DNA from: an uncultured Anaeromyxobacteraceae bacterium
GTDB taxonomy: Bacteria; Myxococcota_A; UBA9042; DTJE01
DNA length: 64,000 nucleotides
Direction: 5' to 3'
NCBI GenBank assembly: GCA_964573455.1
Contig: CAZNJW010000003.1
Location: 571 to 64,570 of the forward strand
In this document: one piece after another, positions 44,333 through 54,043 of the stretch
Numbering within the stretch: the first letter of the stretch is position 1
Layout of the letters: each line of letters opens with the position of its first letter
Program-made: the position numbers and the translations under genes
Notes under the pieces: generated by a model
Databases searched by the model: none
What the model was told of the DNA's origin: nothing
What the model saw: the letters and a program-made list of their open reading frames with translations, nothing else

Positions 44333-46891
44333 GTGTTCAACTTCGAATCGATTCATTGGGGAAACGCCGGCATGTGGTGGCTGCTGCTGCTTCCGCTGGT
44401 CATGATACCCGCCTGGATATCGTACGAGGTCTTCCACCGGAAGGTGTCGCGCGCCTTCAGCGGCGCCAGTCTACTGCCCGGCATGCTCGGAGGACCAGGT
44501 TCCGGCCGACGCCTGGCCACCTTCATCTGCGTGTTTCTCGCGCTTGAAATGTTCTCGGTGGCCGCGCTCAGACCGAAATACGGCCTGAAGGACGTGACCG
44601 TCAAGGGTACTGGAGTGGATGTCGCCATCGTGCTGGATTCGAGCCGCTCGATGAAGACGACCGACGTCAAACCCGACCGCATGGGCATTTCCACGCTCAC
44701 CATCTCGAAGATGCTCGAGCAGGCGGCTGGAAACCGATTCTCGCTCGTGCCTTTCGCGGGCATTGCCTTCATACAGAGTCCCCTGACCGTGGACTACGGC
44801 ATCATCAGGCAGTACATGAACGACCTGAGGGTGACCGACATGCCGGTCCCGGGTACCGCACTCGGACGCGCGCTGGCAACTGCGGGAAGGTCGCTCGGCG
44901 TCGGGGTGGACGGCTTCAGAGGTTCGGCCGGAAAGGCCATCATCGTGTTTACGGACGGAGAAAACCACGAGGGAGAGCCCGAGGCAATCGCGAAGGAACT
45001 GGCCGCGAAGGGCGTCAGGATCTTCACGGTCGGCGTGGGAACTCCTGAGGGAATGCCCCTGCCGGAACTGGATGAAAAGGGTGTGGTCACAGGGATCTCG
45101 GCCGGCGAAGACGGTGAATCCCCGATCATCTCCAGACTGGACGAAGACCTGCTCAGGAAACTGGCCGACGCCACTCAAGGACGCTACTACTCTCTGTCTA
45201 CGATCACTTCATCTGCAACGGTGGCCGACGCCCTCGCCGGGGACATCGACGGACTGATGCGCGAAGAGTACCTGACCGCGGTCGAAAGACTTCTCGAGGA
45301 ACGTTTCCAGTACCCGCTTGGCGCAGGCATTGTTTTGATGCTGCTGCCGTTTCTGTGGTTGGGCGGCGGTCGGCGAAAGATCGCGGGAGCGGCGGTCGGA
45401 CTGATAATTCTGTGCTCTGCTCCGGCAACGGCAGCAGAGCCTTTCGAGCACCCAGTTCTAGCCACTCTGTTCAACCGTAATCAGCCGGACGTGAAGGCTG
45501 CCGTACGGATGCTCAACGAGGGTCGGTACGGGGATGCGCTGAAGGCGCTCCAGGAAGTGGCGGCCAAACACCCACCGGCGCCGGCTATCGACTATAACAT
45601 CGCCGTTGCAGCCATGAAGGCCGGTGAACTGGACACCGCGGCGCAGGCAATCGACAAGGCCATCGCGCTGAACAAGACGCTTCCGCTCCAGTCCCCCCAG
45701 CGCCTGAGAGACTCCAGACTGAACGCCACCCGCGGCTCCATACACGTCGAGAAAGCCAGAAAAACGGTGAAGGAAGGAGGAAGTCTCCGTGACGCGCTGC
45801 CCTCCTACAGGCAGGCACTGGATTCCTTCAAGACCGCGCTGCTGCTCGAACCGGACAACGCCGATATCAGGCGCGCCCTGGAGATCGTGTCGATGGCGGC
45901 CTTCCCGGCTTGTTCAAGCCTCGACGACGAATACGAATCGAACGACACCCAAGGCGCGGCCGGCGTTCTCACTCCGGATCAGCAGACCGGATTGATTCAG
46001 CCCAGGCTGCTGCTGTGTCCGGACAATGAAGACTGGTTCGCGATCGACCTCAGGCCCGGCGAGACGCTGGCGCTGTCCGCTGTAAAACCAGCGGCCGCCC
46101 AGCCGGACGAGCAGGCGGCGCAGGCGGCCGGACAGCAGCAGCCTCCCGCGGACGAGCCGGCGCCCGTCGATGTCCGGCTGACGTCAGCAGATGGCCTGGA
46201 ACTGGCCGGGCCTGGCAAGGCGATGCGGCATACCTCCACGGGAGAGCAGCCCCAGCGGGTCTTCGTCCAGGTGACGGGGACCTCACCGGATGACGGCACG
46301 GAATACGTGCTCAAGGCAGTATTGATCCCATCCTGCCGGGCCGGTGGGGACGATCGGCTCGAGGACAACGACACGCTGGGTTCGGCGGCCGAGGTGCAGG
46401 ACGGAGACCTGGATCTCAGGATCTGCCAGCTTGACGACGACTTCTTTACGTATACCCTGCCAGAGAAGACCGCCCGAAAGGTCACCCTCAGCTTCGAAAC
46501 GGGCGAGGGGCCCCTTGAATTGGCGGTGATCGGCGCGGACGGTACCCCGGTGGCGGTCAACACGGAGTTGACCGAGGCCGGCCAGGTGAAGACGGCCGAG
46601 CTTCCCGAATCCGAGGCAGCGACAACCTGGACGCTCGCCGTGGCCGGTGGTGGCTTCGAGGGCTTCTACAGGTTGAGCATCTCGGAATCCGAAGGCGACG
46701 GGAACGGCGGGGGGCAGGACGACAAGCAGCAGGATCAGGAACAGGAGCCTCAACCGCAGGACAAGCCGGCGGGCTCCCAGGCGATCCGCCAGCTTGTCGA
46801 CGAACTGGACAGCAACCGCGAAAACCTGGACGCGCAGGAGGCCCGACGGAACTCGGCCATCGGGGATCACGCGCCCGACAAGGACTGGTGA
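44333..46891 (+). CDS. batB: BatB-like VWA protein fused to a TPR (BatC-like) segment, two PPC-type (pre-peptidase C-terminal-like) domains and an acidic tail (852 aa)
   Basis: VDVAIVLDSSRSMKTTD (MIDAS). TM around aa 320-350. TPR-like GRYGDALKALQEV.../YNIAVAAMKAGELD. Two copies of the E.ND..G.A...(20-30 aa)..D.D(W/F)F..L..(G/K) pattern at 45905..46330 and 46335..46700. The GTG start follows GGAGAGAAAG. Confidence 0.75.
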   Translation: MFNFESIHWGNAGMWWLLLLPLVMIPAWISYEVFHRKVSRAFSGASLLPGMLGGPGSGRRLATFICVFLALEMFSVAALRPKYGLKDVTVKGTGVDVAIVLDSSRSMKTTDVKPDRMGISTLTISKMLEQAAGNRFSLVPFAGIAFIQSPLTVDYGIIRQYMNDLRVTDMPVPGTALGRALATAGRSLGVGVDGFRGSAGKAIIVFTDGENHEGEPEAIAKELAAKGVRIFTVGVGTPEGMPLPELDEKGVVTGISAGEDGESPIISRLDEDLLRKLADATQGRYYSLSTITSSATVADALAGDIDGLMREEYLTAVERLLEERFQYPLGAGIVLMLLPFLWLGGGRRKIAGAAVGLIILCSAPATAAEPFEHPVLATLFNRNQPDVKAAVRMLNEGRYGDALKALQEVAAKHPPAPAIDYNIAVAAMKAGELDTAAQAIDKAIALNKTLPLQSPQRLRDSRLNATRGSIHVEKARKTVKEGGSLRDALPSYRQALDSFKTALLLEPDNADIRRALEIVSMAAFPACSSLDDEYESNDTQGAAGVLTPDQQTGLIQPRLLLCPDNEDWFAIDLRPGETLALSAVKPAAAQPDEQAAQAAGQQQPPADEPAPVDVRLTSADGLELAGPGKAMRHTSTGEQPQRVFVQVTGTSPDDGTEYVLKAVLIPSCRAGGDDRLEDNDTLGSAAEVQDGDLDLRICQLDDDFFTYTLPEKTARKVTLSFETGEGPLELAVIGADGTPVAVNTELTEAGQVKTAELPESEAATTWTLAVAGGGFEGFYRLSISESEGDGNGGGQDDKQQDQEQEPQPQDKPAGSQAIRQLVDELDSNRENLDAQEARRNSAIGDHAPDKDW

Positions 46892-48729
46892 TGTCTGTCT
46901 TGAACATGAAGTTCCGGGATCGCGGATGGATTTCTTCCGCCCTCGTCGCGCTGGTCTTCCTGCTTGTTCTGTCGAACGGCAGGGAGGCGTTGTCGGCGCG
47001 CGGTCCTTCAATCGAGGTGAACGTTGACAGTACCTCGATCTACCGCGACGAAGAACTGGTTCTACGGATCACCGCCAGCGGCTCGTACGACAACATCGAG
47101 ATGCCGGCTCTGGAAGGGTTCTCGGTCACAGGAAGGTTCGAAGGCCGTTCGTTCTCTTTCGGAACCGGTGGCTCGTTCAGCGAGAGAACCATCACGATAA
47201 ACGCGATGCCTGATCGACCCGGCAGACTTGTCGTGGGGCCAGCGCGGCTGCTGGTCGACGGCAAGGCCGTCGCCTCCTCGCGCCCAATCGAGATCACGGT
47301 CAAGGACGAAGACGCTCCCGCCGTCGCGCCAAGGGGCGGAAGACAGGACATCCGATCCATCTTTCCCCGTATTCAAACGCCGCGACAGGAACCTGTGAAG
47401 GCGCCCAGAATCGTGGCGACCATCGCCCCGGGTCAGGAAGACCAGGGAACCATCACCGCCTACACCGGCCAGCCGCTGGTGCTCGAATACATACTCCTGA
47501 CCCCCACCCCGCTCGACTACTGGTCGATCACCGTTTCGGCCAAGCCGACTCTGGATGGATTCGTGGTCAGGGAGGCGCCACGTTCACAGCTGACGTCCGA
47601 ACAGGTCACCATGGATGACGGCACCTGGTACCGGACCCAGGTGTGGAAGGTAGCACTGACCCCGATCAACGCCGGCGAACTCGAGATATCGCCACTCAAT
47701 CTGGCCGCGGTATTCCGCGGTTTCCAGGACTATCGTGTCGTATCGGATCGATTTCTCCTGACGGTCAGGGACGTTCCAGCGGATGCCCCCGCGGGTTTTT
47801 CGCCCGGCGTGCTCGGTCGCTTCGAAGTCAGTGCCGGGATCGACAGCGACGTCATCGCGCACGGCGAGACCACGACTCTGACGATCAAGGTCGCCGGGGC
47901 CGGAAACCTGGCCGCGCTGACCGCGCCGAAGGTGATCGCGGACACCGGTATCAGGGTCGATGCCTTCGCCTCCTCCCAGGCGGATGACGAAATCACCATC
48001 GGTTCCGACGGACTGACCGGTTCAAGGACGTTCAGGTACCTGCTGACCCCCCAAAAGGCCCCGCCTCAGGGGACCGTCGACTCGTTCAAGGTGCGAATCG
48101 CTCCGGTGGTCTTCTTCGACTATGTGTCGGGAACCTGGAACAGCTCCGAGACGGACGAGATGACTCTGTCGGTCAAGGGTTCGATCGAGACACGGGACAA
48201 GGCGACGCGACGCTTACCCGGTCTGGGGATCATCGAGAAGAGTGATCTGGCTCAACCCGCGCCGCCTCGAGGTTTCTGGCTGACTCCGCGCAGGCTCCTG
48301 GCGCTGATGGCCCTTCCGATCCTGATCCTGTTGGTGATATCGGCGGTATCCCTGGCTCGTCGCCGCCGGCCGGGAAAGCGGGCCGAGGCAAAAAAGGCGC
48401 TTGGCCGTGCGATCGCCGGGGTAACGAAACTGGAAAGACAGGCAGTGGCGGACATGGACTTCTGGAACGGCGTGGACGCGACAGTCAGGGACTATGTCGG
48501 CAGGAAGTTTGACATCCAGGCCACGGCAATGACCCCTTCCGACATCGCCGCGGGACTGGCTGCCAGAGGCGTCCCGCGAGACGTGCTGGATGACCTCGTC
48601 AAGCTGCTGGACGAATGCTCGCTGGCACGATTCGCCGGGGTGGCCGCGGGAACGGATCGTGGCGTGGCCGCCGGAGCGGCGCGCTCATGCCTGGCCGCGC
48701 TCGACCGCTGCGACGGAGGTGCAAGATGA
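46888..48729 (+). CDS. batD: BatD-family ('oxygen tolerance') protein
   Basis: Signal peptide, repeated Ig-like segments (VLRITASG..., ITAYTGQPLVLEYIL..., TLTIKVAGAGN), a late TM helix, and the tail FWNGVDATVRDYVGRKF...LLDECSLARFAG. Overlaps the batB stop. Confidence 0.7.
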   Translation: MMSVLNMKFRDRGWISSALVALVFLLVLSNGREALSARGPSIEVNVDSTSIYRDEELVLRITASGSYDNIEMPALEGFSVTGRFEGRSFSFGTGGSFSERTITINAMPDRPGRLVVGPARLLVDGKAVASSRPIEITVKDEDAPAVAPRGGRQDIRSIFPRIQTPRQEPVKAPRIVATIAPGQEDQGTITAYTGQPLVLEYILLTPTPLDYWSITVSAKPTLDGFVVREAPRSQLTSEQVTMDDGTWYRTQVWKVALTPINAGELEISPLNLAAVFRGFQDYRVVSDRFLLTVRDVPADAPAGFSPGVLGRFEVSAGIDSDVIAHGETTTLTIKVAGAGNLAALTAPKVIADTGIRVDAFASSQADDEITIGSDGLTGSRTFRYLLTPQKAPPQGTVDSFKVRIAPVVFFDYVSGTWNSSETDEMTLSVKGSIETRDKATRRLPGLGIIEKSDLAQPAPPRGFWLTPRRLLALMALPILILLVISAVSLARRRRPGKRAEAKKALGRAIAGVTKLERQAVADMDFWNGVDATVRDYVGRKFDIQATAMTPSDIAAGLAARGVPRDVLDDLVKLLDECSLARFAGVAAGTDRGVAAGAARSCLAALDRCDGGAR

Positions 48730-49529
48730 AGCTCTTCGGCTTTGCGATCGCCCTCGCGTCCCTCCTGACCCTGTTCATTGCTCCGGCCGCCGGGGCCACC
48801 ACCGTCGGACAGATGTTCGAGGAAGCGGTGAGCGTCTTCAACGACTCCGACTCCCCCGAGGACTACGGCAAGGCGGCGGAGACATTCAGGACGCTTCACG
48901 AAACGTACAGGATCCAGTCGCCTGAACTCCTGCTGAATCTGGGCGTTTCGGAATTCCTGTCGCGCGATGACGGCGAAGACCGGGCCGGCGAAGCGGTACT
49001 GGCATTGTCCAGGGCGATTCGTGTCGCGCCCGACAGCCTTGCCGCCGGTCTCGCGCGGAAAAACCTCCAGCAGATTCGGAGAACCCTGAACGAGACGCAG
49101 TCCGGCCGAACGTCGGGCGGTTTCGTTTTCGCCCCGTACAACGACACGTATACCGCTTTGTTCTCATGGATTAATCCGGACATCGCCGCAGCGGTTTTCA
49201 TCCCGGCGTGGTTCATTCTGATCCTGATTCCCGTGTTCAGGCGCCGCGTCGGACGCAAGCCGTTGATGGCAACCGCCGCGATCATGGCTCTCATTGTGGT
49301 CGCCTCGGGCGTGGCCACCGCGGGCGCATTGAAGGTGAAGGGGTACACGACCGGCGTGCTCCTTGATTCCTCCCCGTGTTTCGACGAGCTGCTGTCGATC
49401 GAACCTGCCGGAGAACTCCCGGAGGGACTGGAGTTCAGGCTGGACGGAAAGAAGGACCAGCGTGTCCGGATCACGTTGTCTTCAGGGCGTACCGCATGGG
49501 TCCCCGCGGATCGTGTCGGCGTTCCGTGA
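48726..49529 (+). CDS. BatE-like protein: TPR-like N-terminal part, two TM helices, SH3b-like C-terminus
   Basis: ATG 48726 overlaps the batD stop (ATGA). Signal peptide MKLFGFAIALASLLTLFIAPAAG. The C-terminal RVRITLSSGRTAWVPADRV looks SH3-like. The track ORF 48615.. is an upstream extension. Confidence 0.55.
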   Translation: MKLFGFAIALASLLTLFIAPAAGATTVGQMFEEAVSVFNDSDSPEDYGKAAETFRTLHETYRIQSPELLLNLGVSEFLSRDDGEDRAGEAVLALSRAIRVAPDSLAAGLARKNLQQIRRTLNETQSGRTSGGFVFAPYNDTYTALFSWINPDIAAAVFIPAWFILILIPVFRRRVGRKPLMATAAIMALIVVASGVATAGALKVKGYTTGVLLDSSPCFDELLSIEPAGELPEGLEFRLDGKKDQRVRITLSSGRTAWVPADRVGVP

Positions 49530-49604
49530 CCGGGTCGGCCGGCACACGTATTTCTCGGTTTTGAAACATTATTCCGTGCGATTCGAATCATGCTCCTGAT
49601 ATTG

Positions 49605-49634
49605 TTGTGCTTTACCGTCACCTGAAACTAGAAT
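49605..49634 (+). promoter_or_regulatory. Candidate sigma70 promoter TTGTGC-18 nt-TAGAAT upstream of the large TPR gene
   Basis: Hexamers read at 49605..49610 and 49629..49634, in one of the few AT-richer intergenic stretches. Confidence 0.3.
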
Positions 49635-49669
49635 CAACACAAGTTGAATGCAAAGCCCGGGGGAATAAG

Positions 49670-52600
49670 ATGGATCTGCTCGCCATCCAGATTGAATCGC
49701 CTCGTCACATAGCGCGCACTGTCAAGGCAGCGGTCACAGACAGTCAACCGATGAATACCGCCATGCTGCTTCTTTACTCGGCCCATAGATTGCTGAGGCT
49801 TGCATGCGGTTGCTGCAGGAAGCCGGGGATGCTCGACATGCGTTCGTTCGATTCAATGATCGAACATCTGCTTGACGGTAGCCGACAGGAAGACCGACAG
49901 ACCGGCGTTTCCATGCCTGCCGCGCTGAAAGGCCCGCTCCTCAGCGGTGACGTGGCTGATGCCATGAAGGACCTGGCGACGACGGCGTCGTCGCTTCTGG
50001 GCGCTGAGACGACCTTGAACCGCACCACGCGCGAATGGCAGACCGTAGCCGAAGGACTGTCCGGAATCATTAAACGCCTTGAACCTCTGGCGATCTGCAT
50101 GAGAACCGCGGCAGGCGACGGCAGGGGAGGCCTGCATGTCGCGGCCGGAACCGATGGATTCGCCTTCACCAGGATTCCAGGGTACTCGGCACAGGGAACC
50201 ACTATCCTTTTCAGGGACGGAACCGCGATGGAAGAATACGGGCCGGCGGCGGCGGTGGACAGCCGGCCTCCCGAGCCACTGATACCGTGGCCATCCTCGC
50301 GAAGGGTCTGGGAGACCATTGACGGCCTCGTCGTCAATCTGGACGGAAGGCTCGCCGCTCCGCTCGCGCCTGTGAGCGGCCAGCGGGCGCTTGCCAGGCT
50401 TCTTGCCTGGACAAGGGACGAAGCCTGGGACACGGCTCTCAGACTGGCTCGCACGGCCTCGGGCGAGGCGGCGGCCGAGTACCTGCTGCTTAAGACGCAC
50501 GAATCGGAAGAATGGCGGGATGCCGCATCGATTCAGTCGCTGCTGGACTTCGTATCCGAGCACGACCAACCTTCAGAACAGTTCTCCCGATGCGCACTCG
50601 AATGCGGTGTGCTGTCCGAGGCCGGCGCCATTCAGAGTTCGGACTATGCCGCTGCCGCGGACGCGCTGGTGGTCAGGCAGCAGTTCGAGTCCGGAAAGGA
50701 CAGAGCACGCACCCTGCTCAAGCTGGCCAATATCTATCAGGATCGGCTGAACGACCGCACTGCGGCCAGACTCTGCATGGTCAGGGCTCTCGAGGCGGAT
50801 CCCGGTGATACCGACATCCTTGAAGCGCTTCTGGATCTGCTGTCGGAGACGGGACATGAGGCCGAAGCCACGCTTCGCGAGGTCTTGTCGGGACTGACCG
50901 GGCTGGCTGCGACACTGAAAGGCGGGCCCGGCGAAAGTTCGATCCTGGCGGCTGTTGTCCGTCTGGCCGCAAGACTCGGGGATCGGGCGACATCCGACAC
51001 TGCGGTGGCAAGACTGCTCGACATCGAGCCGGACTCGATCGAACTTCTTGCGACCATACGCGACAGGTTCGAAGACAGCGGCAAACTGGTCGAGGAATGC
51101 CGTCGCAGGCTGGAACGGACCTTCAAACCGCAGGCGCGAGGCATCTGTCTGCTTCAGATGGCCGAAGGGCTTGGGAAAATCGGACGCCTGTCGGAAGCTG
51201 CGGATTGCGTCAAAGAGGCCTCGGCACTTCTGCCGGTGACGTCGGAAAACCTCAAGGCGATGGAGAGCATTCTGAGGGACGCCTCTGAATGGACGACCCT
51301 GATAGGCATTCTCAAGCGACGCGCCGATATGGCGGCGACCATCGAACAGGCAAGGCCGGCACTCATGGAGATGGCCGACATAGCCCTGAACAGGCTGGAG
51401 TCGCCGGTTGTCGCGCTGTCCGCGCTGTCCAGGCTTGATGGCCTGTCGGACCCCGAGGTCGACAGACTTCTTTTCAAGGTTCATTCCGATCTGGGACTGT
51501 TCGCCGATGCCGCCTCGGATCTCAAGCGAATCATCGCGACAGGGGCGGCGGCGAACGAACGCCTGGCCCTGGCCAGGATCTGCCGGGACAGACTGGGCCA
51601 GCCCGCCGAGGCGGCTGCCTGGTTCAAGGCCGCAGCGCCTGATCTTGAAGGCGATGAACTGGCCCGTGTCGCTCTGGAACTCGCGGACCTGCCGGGTATC
51701 GGAACGGCAGACCAGGTGGTGGCGGACACGCTGAACAAAGCTCTCCAGGCCACTGACGACGACATGCTCAGGGCCGAAATTCTCAAACGTCTCGGCGGTA
51801 GGGAAGGCGGCGGGGATTCACAACCATCGGGCTTGCTGGCGACTCACCTTGAAGAGGCGTTGAAACTGAACCCGAACGACCACGAGTGTGCGATCCGCCT
51901 GGCCGGGATCTATATGAACACCGACCTTGCCGAAAAGGCGGCTGCCGTGCTCGAACCTCCGGCCAGGGCCGCGGCCGCCGAGGGAAAGACGGAACTGGAG
52001 GGCAAGCTCAGAATGATGGCGGCGAAGGCCGCCTCGCGATGCTTCGATCACCAGACAACGCGTCGGCATCTCGTCCGGGTTCTCGAACTCCGGCCCGATG
52101 ATGTCGAGGCCAGGCGCCTCCTCGCATCCACGCTTCTGGCGCTTGGGGAAGCGGACCTTGCAGGAGAACTGCTTTACTCGCTTTCCGGACCGGACGGTTC
52201 GCTGACCGCAGCCGAGGCGCCGATGATGCGTGAACTTGGCCGGGCCCAGTCCGCGAAAGGCGCGCATGCGGCGGCACTCGATTCCCTGGCGCGAGCCTGG
52301 GCTCTCGATCATGACCTCTCCGAGGACGTGCTTCGAGAACTGGCGGACACCGCCTCGGCCGCAGGTAACCGCGAAGCGATGATGTCCTGGCTGAAACGGC
52401 TGGTGAATAACGAAGCCAGGTCTCCCAGACGTTTCACCGACCTCATAAGGCTTGGCGACGCGGCGAAAGCCGACGGGGACAGCGCATCGGCACTGCAGTG
52501 GTACCGGATGGCCGCCGACGAGGACTACTCGAAAAAGGTGGCGCTGCACAAGGCTCTCGAGGTCTCCCTCGAATCAGAGGACAACACACGCGCCACAGGT

Positions 52601-54028
52601 CTTCTGGAAGAACTGATCGAGCAGGAACAGGATGACCTCAGGAAGTCGGACTACCACCTGGCTGCGGCCATGCTTTACAAGGACAGCCTCGGAAACGACG
52701 CTGCCGCGATAGACCACCTCATCCTGGCCGTGTCCCGCAATCCGGCCAATTCACAGGCCGCAGAGGTGCTGGACGGCAGGCTGACTGACCTCGGGATGTT
52801 CGAGGAACTGGCGGAAAACCTGCAGCTCAGGGCACGCCACTTCCGGATATCGGGTGACGAGAAGGCGCTTCTCGAAACCTTGTCAAGTCTCGGAGATATC
52901 TTCGAATCCAGGCTGCACAACGCCGCCAGGGCCGCCGAGGCATACGAACAGATCCTGGTCGTCTCGCCGGGCCACGTTACGGCGATGCACCGTCTCGCTT
53001 TCTGCCAGGCAAGAATACCGGGGGCCGAGGGCCAGGCGCTCGACTCGCTCAGGAAGGTGATCAAGGCGGATCCGACATCTGTCGATTCCTACCGGGCGCT
53101 ACGGGACCTCGCACTGCTTTCGAACGACAGCGACCTGGCGACCCGCGCCAGCACGGCGCTGATCGTACTGGGCCAGGGCGACGAGTCTGACTTCCATCTG
53201 GCCGCGAAGAACCGAGCCGCTGCGCTCCACCTGAAGATGGACCAGATTCCTGCCGACGTGTTCACCCGAAGGGTGGCGGGTGAACTCGACCCACAGATCG
53301 CCCGGCTGTTCGCCCTTCTTCATCGCCCGATTCTTCGGACCATTCCGTTCAAGAAACCGGCGGATCTGGGGCTGACCGAGGCTAACCGCGTGGCCATGGA
53401 AGAGGACGGCCTGTTCCAGAAGATGGCGGACGCCGTTTCGCACGTGTTCGATGTCGACCTGCCCGACTTCTGGCACGCGCCCGGTACCAAGGGGCTGAAA
53501 AAGGCACCTTTCCCCGGGAAGGCGATAATCGTCGGCGACGACCTGGTGACAACCAGGCGAGGCAAGGATCTCAGGTACTCCCTGGCCAGGGCGATCATCT
53601 CTTTCATACCGGGCGCCGAACTGTGTGGAGTGCTCGACGCCGCGTCGATGAGACTGTTCTTCCAGGCCTCGCTGAAGATGGTTTTCCCTGATTATCCCCT
53701 GCCTCAGGACACCGCGACCGCCGCCGATCTGGCGCCGGCCCTGTCGAAGAACCTGTCCGAATCCGAACTTGAGGAGATCCGCAGGATCCTGACCGGATTT
53801 GCGAAGACGCACAGACCGGTGGACTTCGCGGCCTACATGCGCGCGGTGGACAGAATCGCGGGCAGGGCGGGACTCTTCATGGCCAACGACCTCGAGGTCG
53901 CGGCAGACCGTTCCCTGGCGTCAGACCTCATACTCTCGGATTTCGAGCCCGAGGATCGCGTGGTGGACCTGTGTTCCTGGGCCGTCTCCGCCGACTACAC
54001 CGAGTTGAAAAGACTGATGATCGGATGA
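49670..54028 (+). CDS. Large (1,452 aa) TPR/helical-repeat protein of unknown function with a distinct ~330-aa non-repeat C-terminal domain
   Basis: ORF 49607..54028. ATG 49670 follows GGGGGAATAAG. It contains many Ala/Leu-rich TPR-like pairs (e.g. LKLANIYQDRLNDRTAARLCMVRALEADPGD, AAEAYEQILVVSPGHVTAMHRLAF). No catalytic motif seen. Confidence 0.7.
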   Translation: MDLLAIQIESPRHIARTVKAAVTDSQPMNTAMLLLYSAHRLLRLACGCCRKPGMLDMRSFDSMIEHLLDGSRQEDRQTGVSMPAALKGPLLSGDVADAMKDLATTASSLLGAETTLNRTTREWQTVAEGLSGIIKRLEPLAICMRTAAGDGRGGLHVAAGTDGFAFTRIPGYSAQGTTILFRDGTAMEEYGPAAAVDSRPPEPLIPWPSSRRVWETIDGLVVNLDGRLAAPLAPVSGQRALARLLAWTRDEAWDTALRLARTASGEAAAEYLLLKTHESEEWRDAASIQSLLDFVSEHDQPSEQFSRCALECGVLSEAGAIQSSDYAAAADALVVRQQFESGKDRARTLLKLANIYQDRLNDRTAARLCMVRALEADPGDTDILEALLDLLSETGHEAEATLREVLSGLTGLAATLKGGPGESSILAAVVRLAARLGDRATSDTAVARLLDIEPDSIELLATIRDRFEDSGKLVEECRRRLERTFKPQARGICLLQMAEGLGKIGRLSEAADCVKEASALLPVTSENLKAMESILRDASEWTTLIGILKRRADMAATIEQARPALMEMADIALNRLESPVVALSALSRLDGLSDPEVDRLLFKVHSDLGLFADAASDLKRIIATGAAANERLALARICRDRLGQPAEAAAWFKAAAPDLEGDELARVALELADLPGIGTADQVVADTLNKALQATDDDMLRAEILKRLGGREGGGDSQPSGLLATHLEEALKLNPNDHECAIRLAGIYMNTDLAEKAAAVLEPPARAAAAEGKTELEGKLRMMAAKAASRCFDHQTTRRHLVRVLELRPDDVEARRLLASTLLALGEADLAGELLYSLSGPDGSLTAAEAPMMRELGRAQSAKGAHAAALDSLARAWALDHDLSEDVLRELADTASAAGNREAMMSWLKRLVNNEARSPRRFTDLIRLGDAAKADGDSASALQWYRMAADEDYSKKVALHKALEVSLESEDNTRATGLLEELIEQEQDDLRKSDYHLAAAMLYKDSLGNDAAAIDHLILAVSRNPANSQAAEVLDGRLTDLGMFEELAENLQLRARHFRISGDEKALLETLSSLGDIFESRLHNAARAAEAYEQILVVSPGHVTAMHRLAFCQARIPGAEGQALDSLRKVIKADPTSVDSYRALRDLALLSNDSDLATRASTALIVLGQGDESDFHLAAKNRAAALHLKMDQIPADVFTRRVAGELDPQIARLFALLHRPILRTIPFKKPADLGLTEANRVAMEEDGLFQKMADAVSHVFDVDLPDFWHAPGTKGLKKAPFPGKAIIVGDDLVTTRRGKDLRYSLARAIISFIPGAELCGVLDAASMRLFFQASLKMVFPDYPLPQDTATAADLAPALSKNLSESELEEIRRILTGFAKTHRPVDFAAYMRAVDRIAGRAGLFMANDLEVAADRSLASDLILSDFEPEDRVVDLCSWAVSADYTELKRLMIG

Positions 54029-54043
54029 TGGCGTGATCCGCGG

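Noticed and set aside
40175-44437. Long minus-strand ORFs across the Bat cluster (40175..41173, 41312..42085, 42175..42786, 43238..44437)
   Set aside because: They run antisense to genes with unmistakable MoxR, DUF58 and VWA motifs. Their composition is typical of shadow ORFs.
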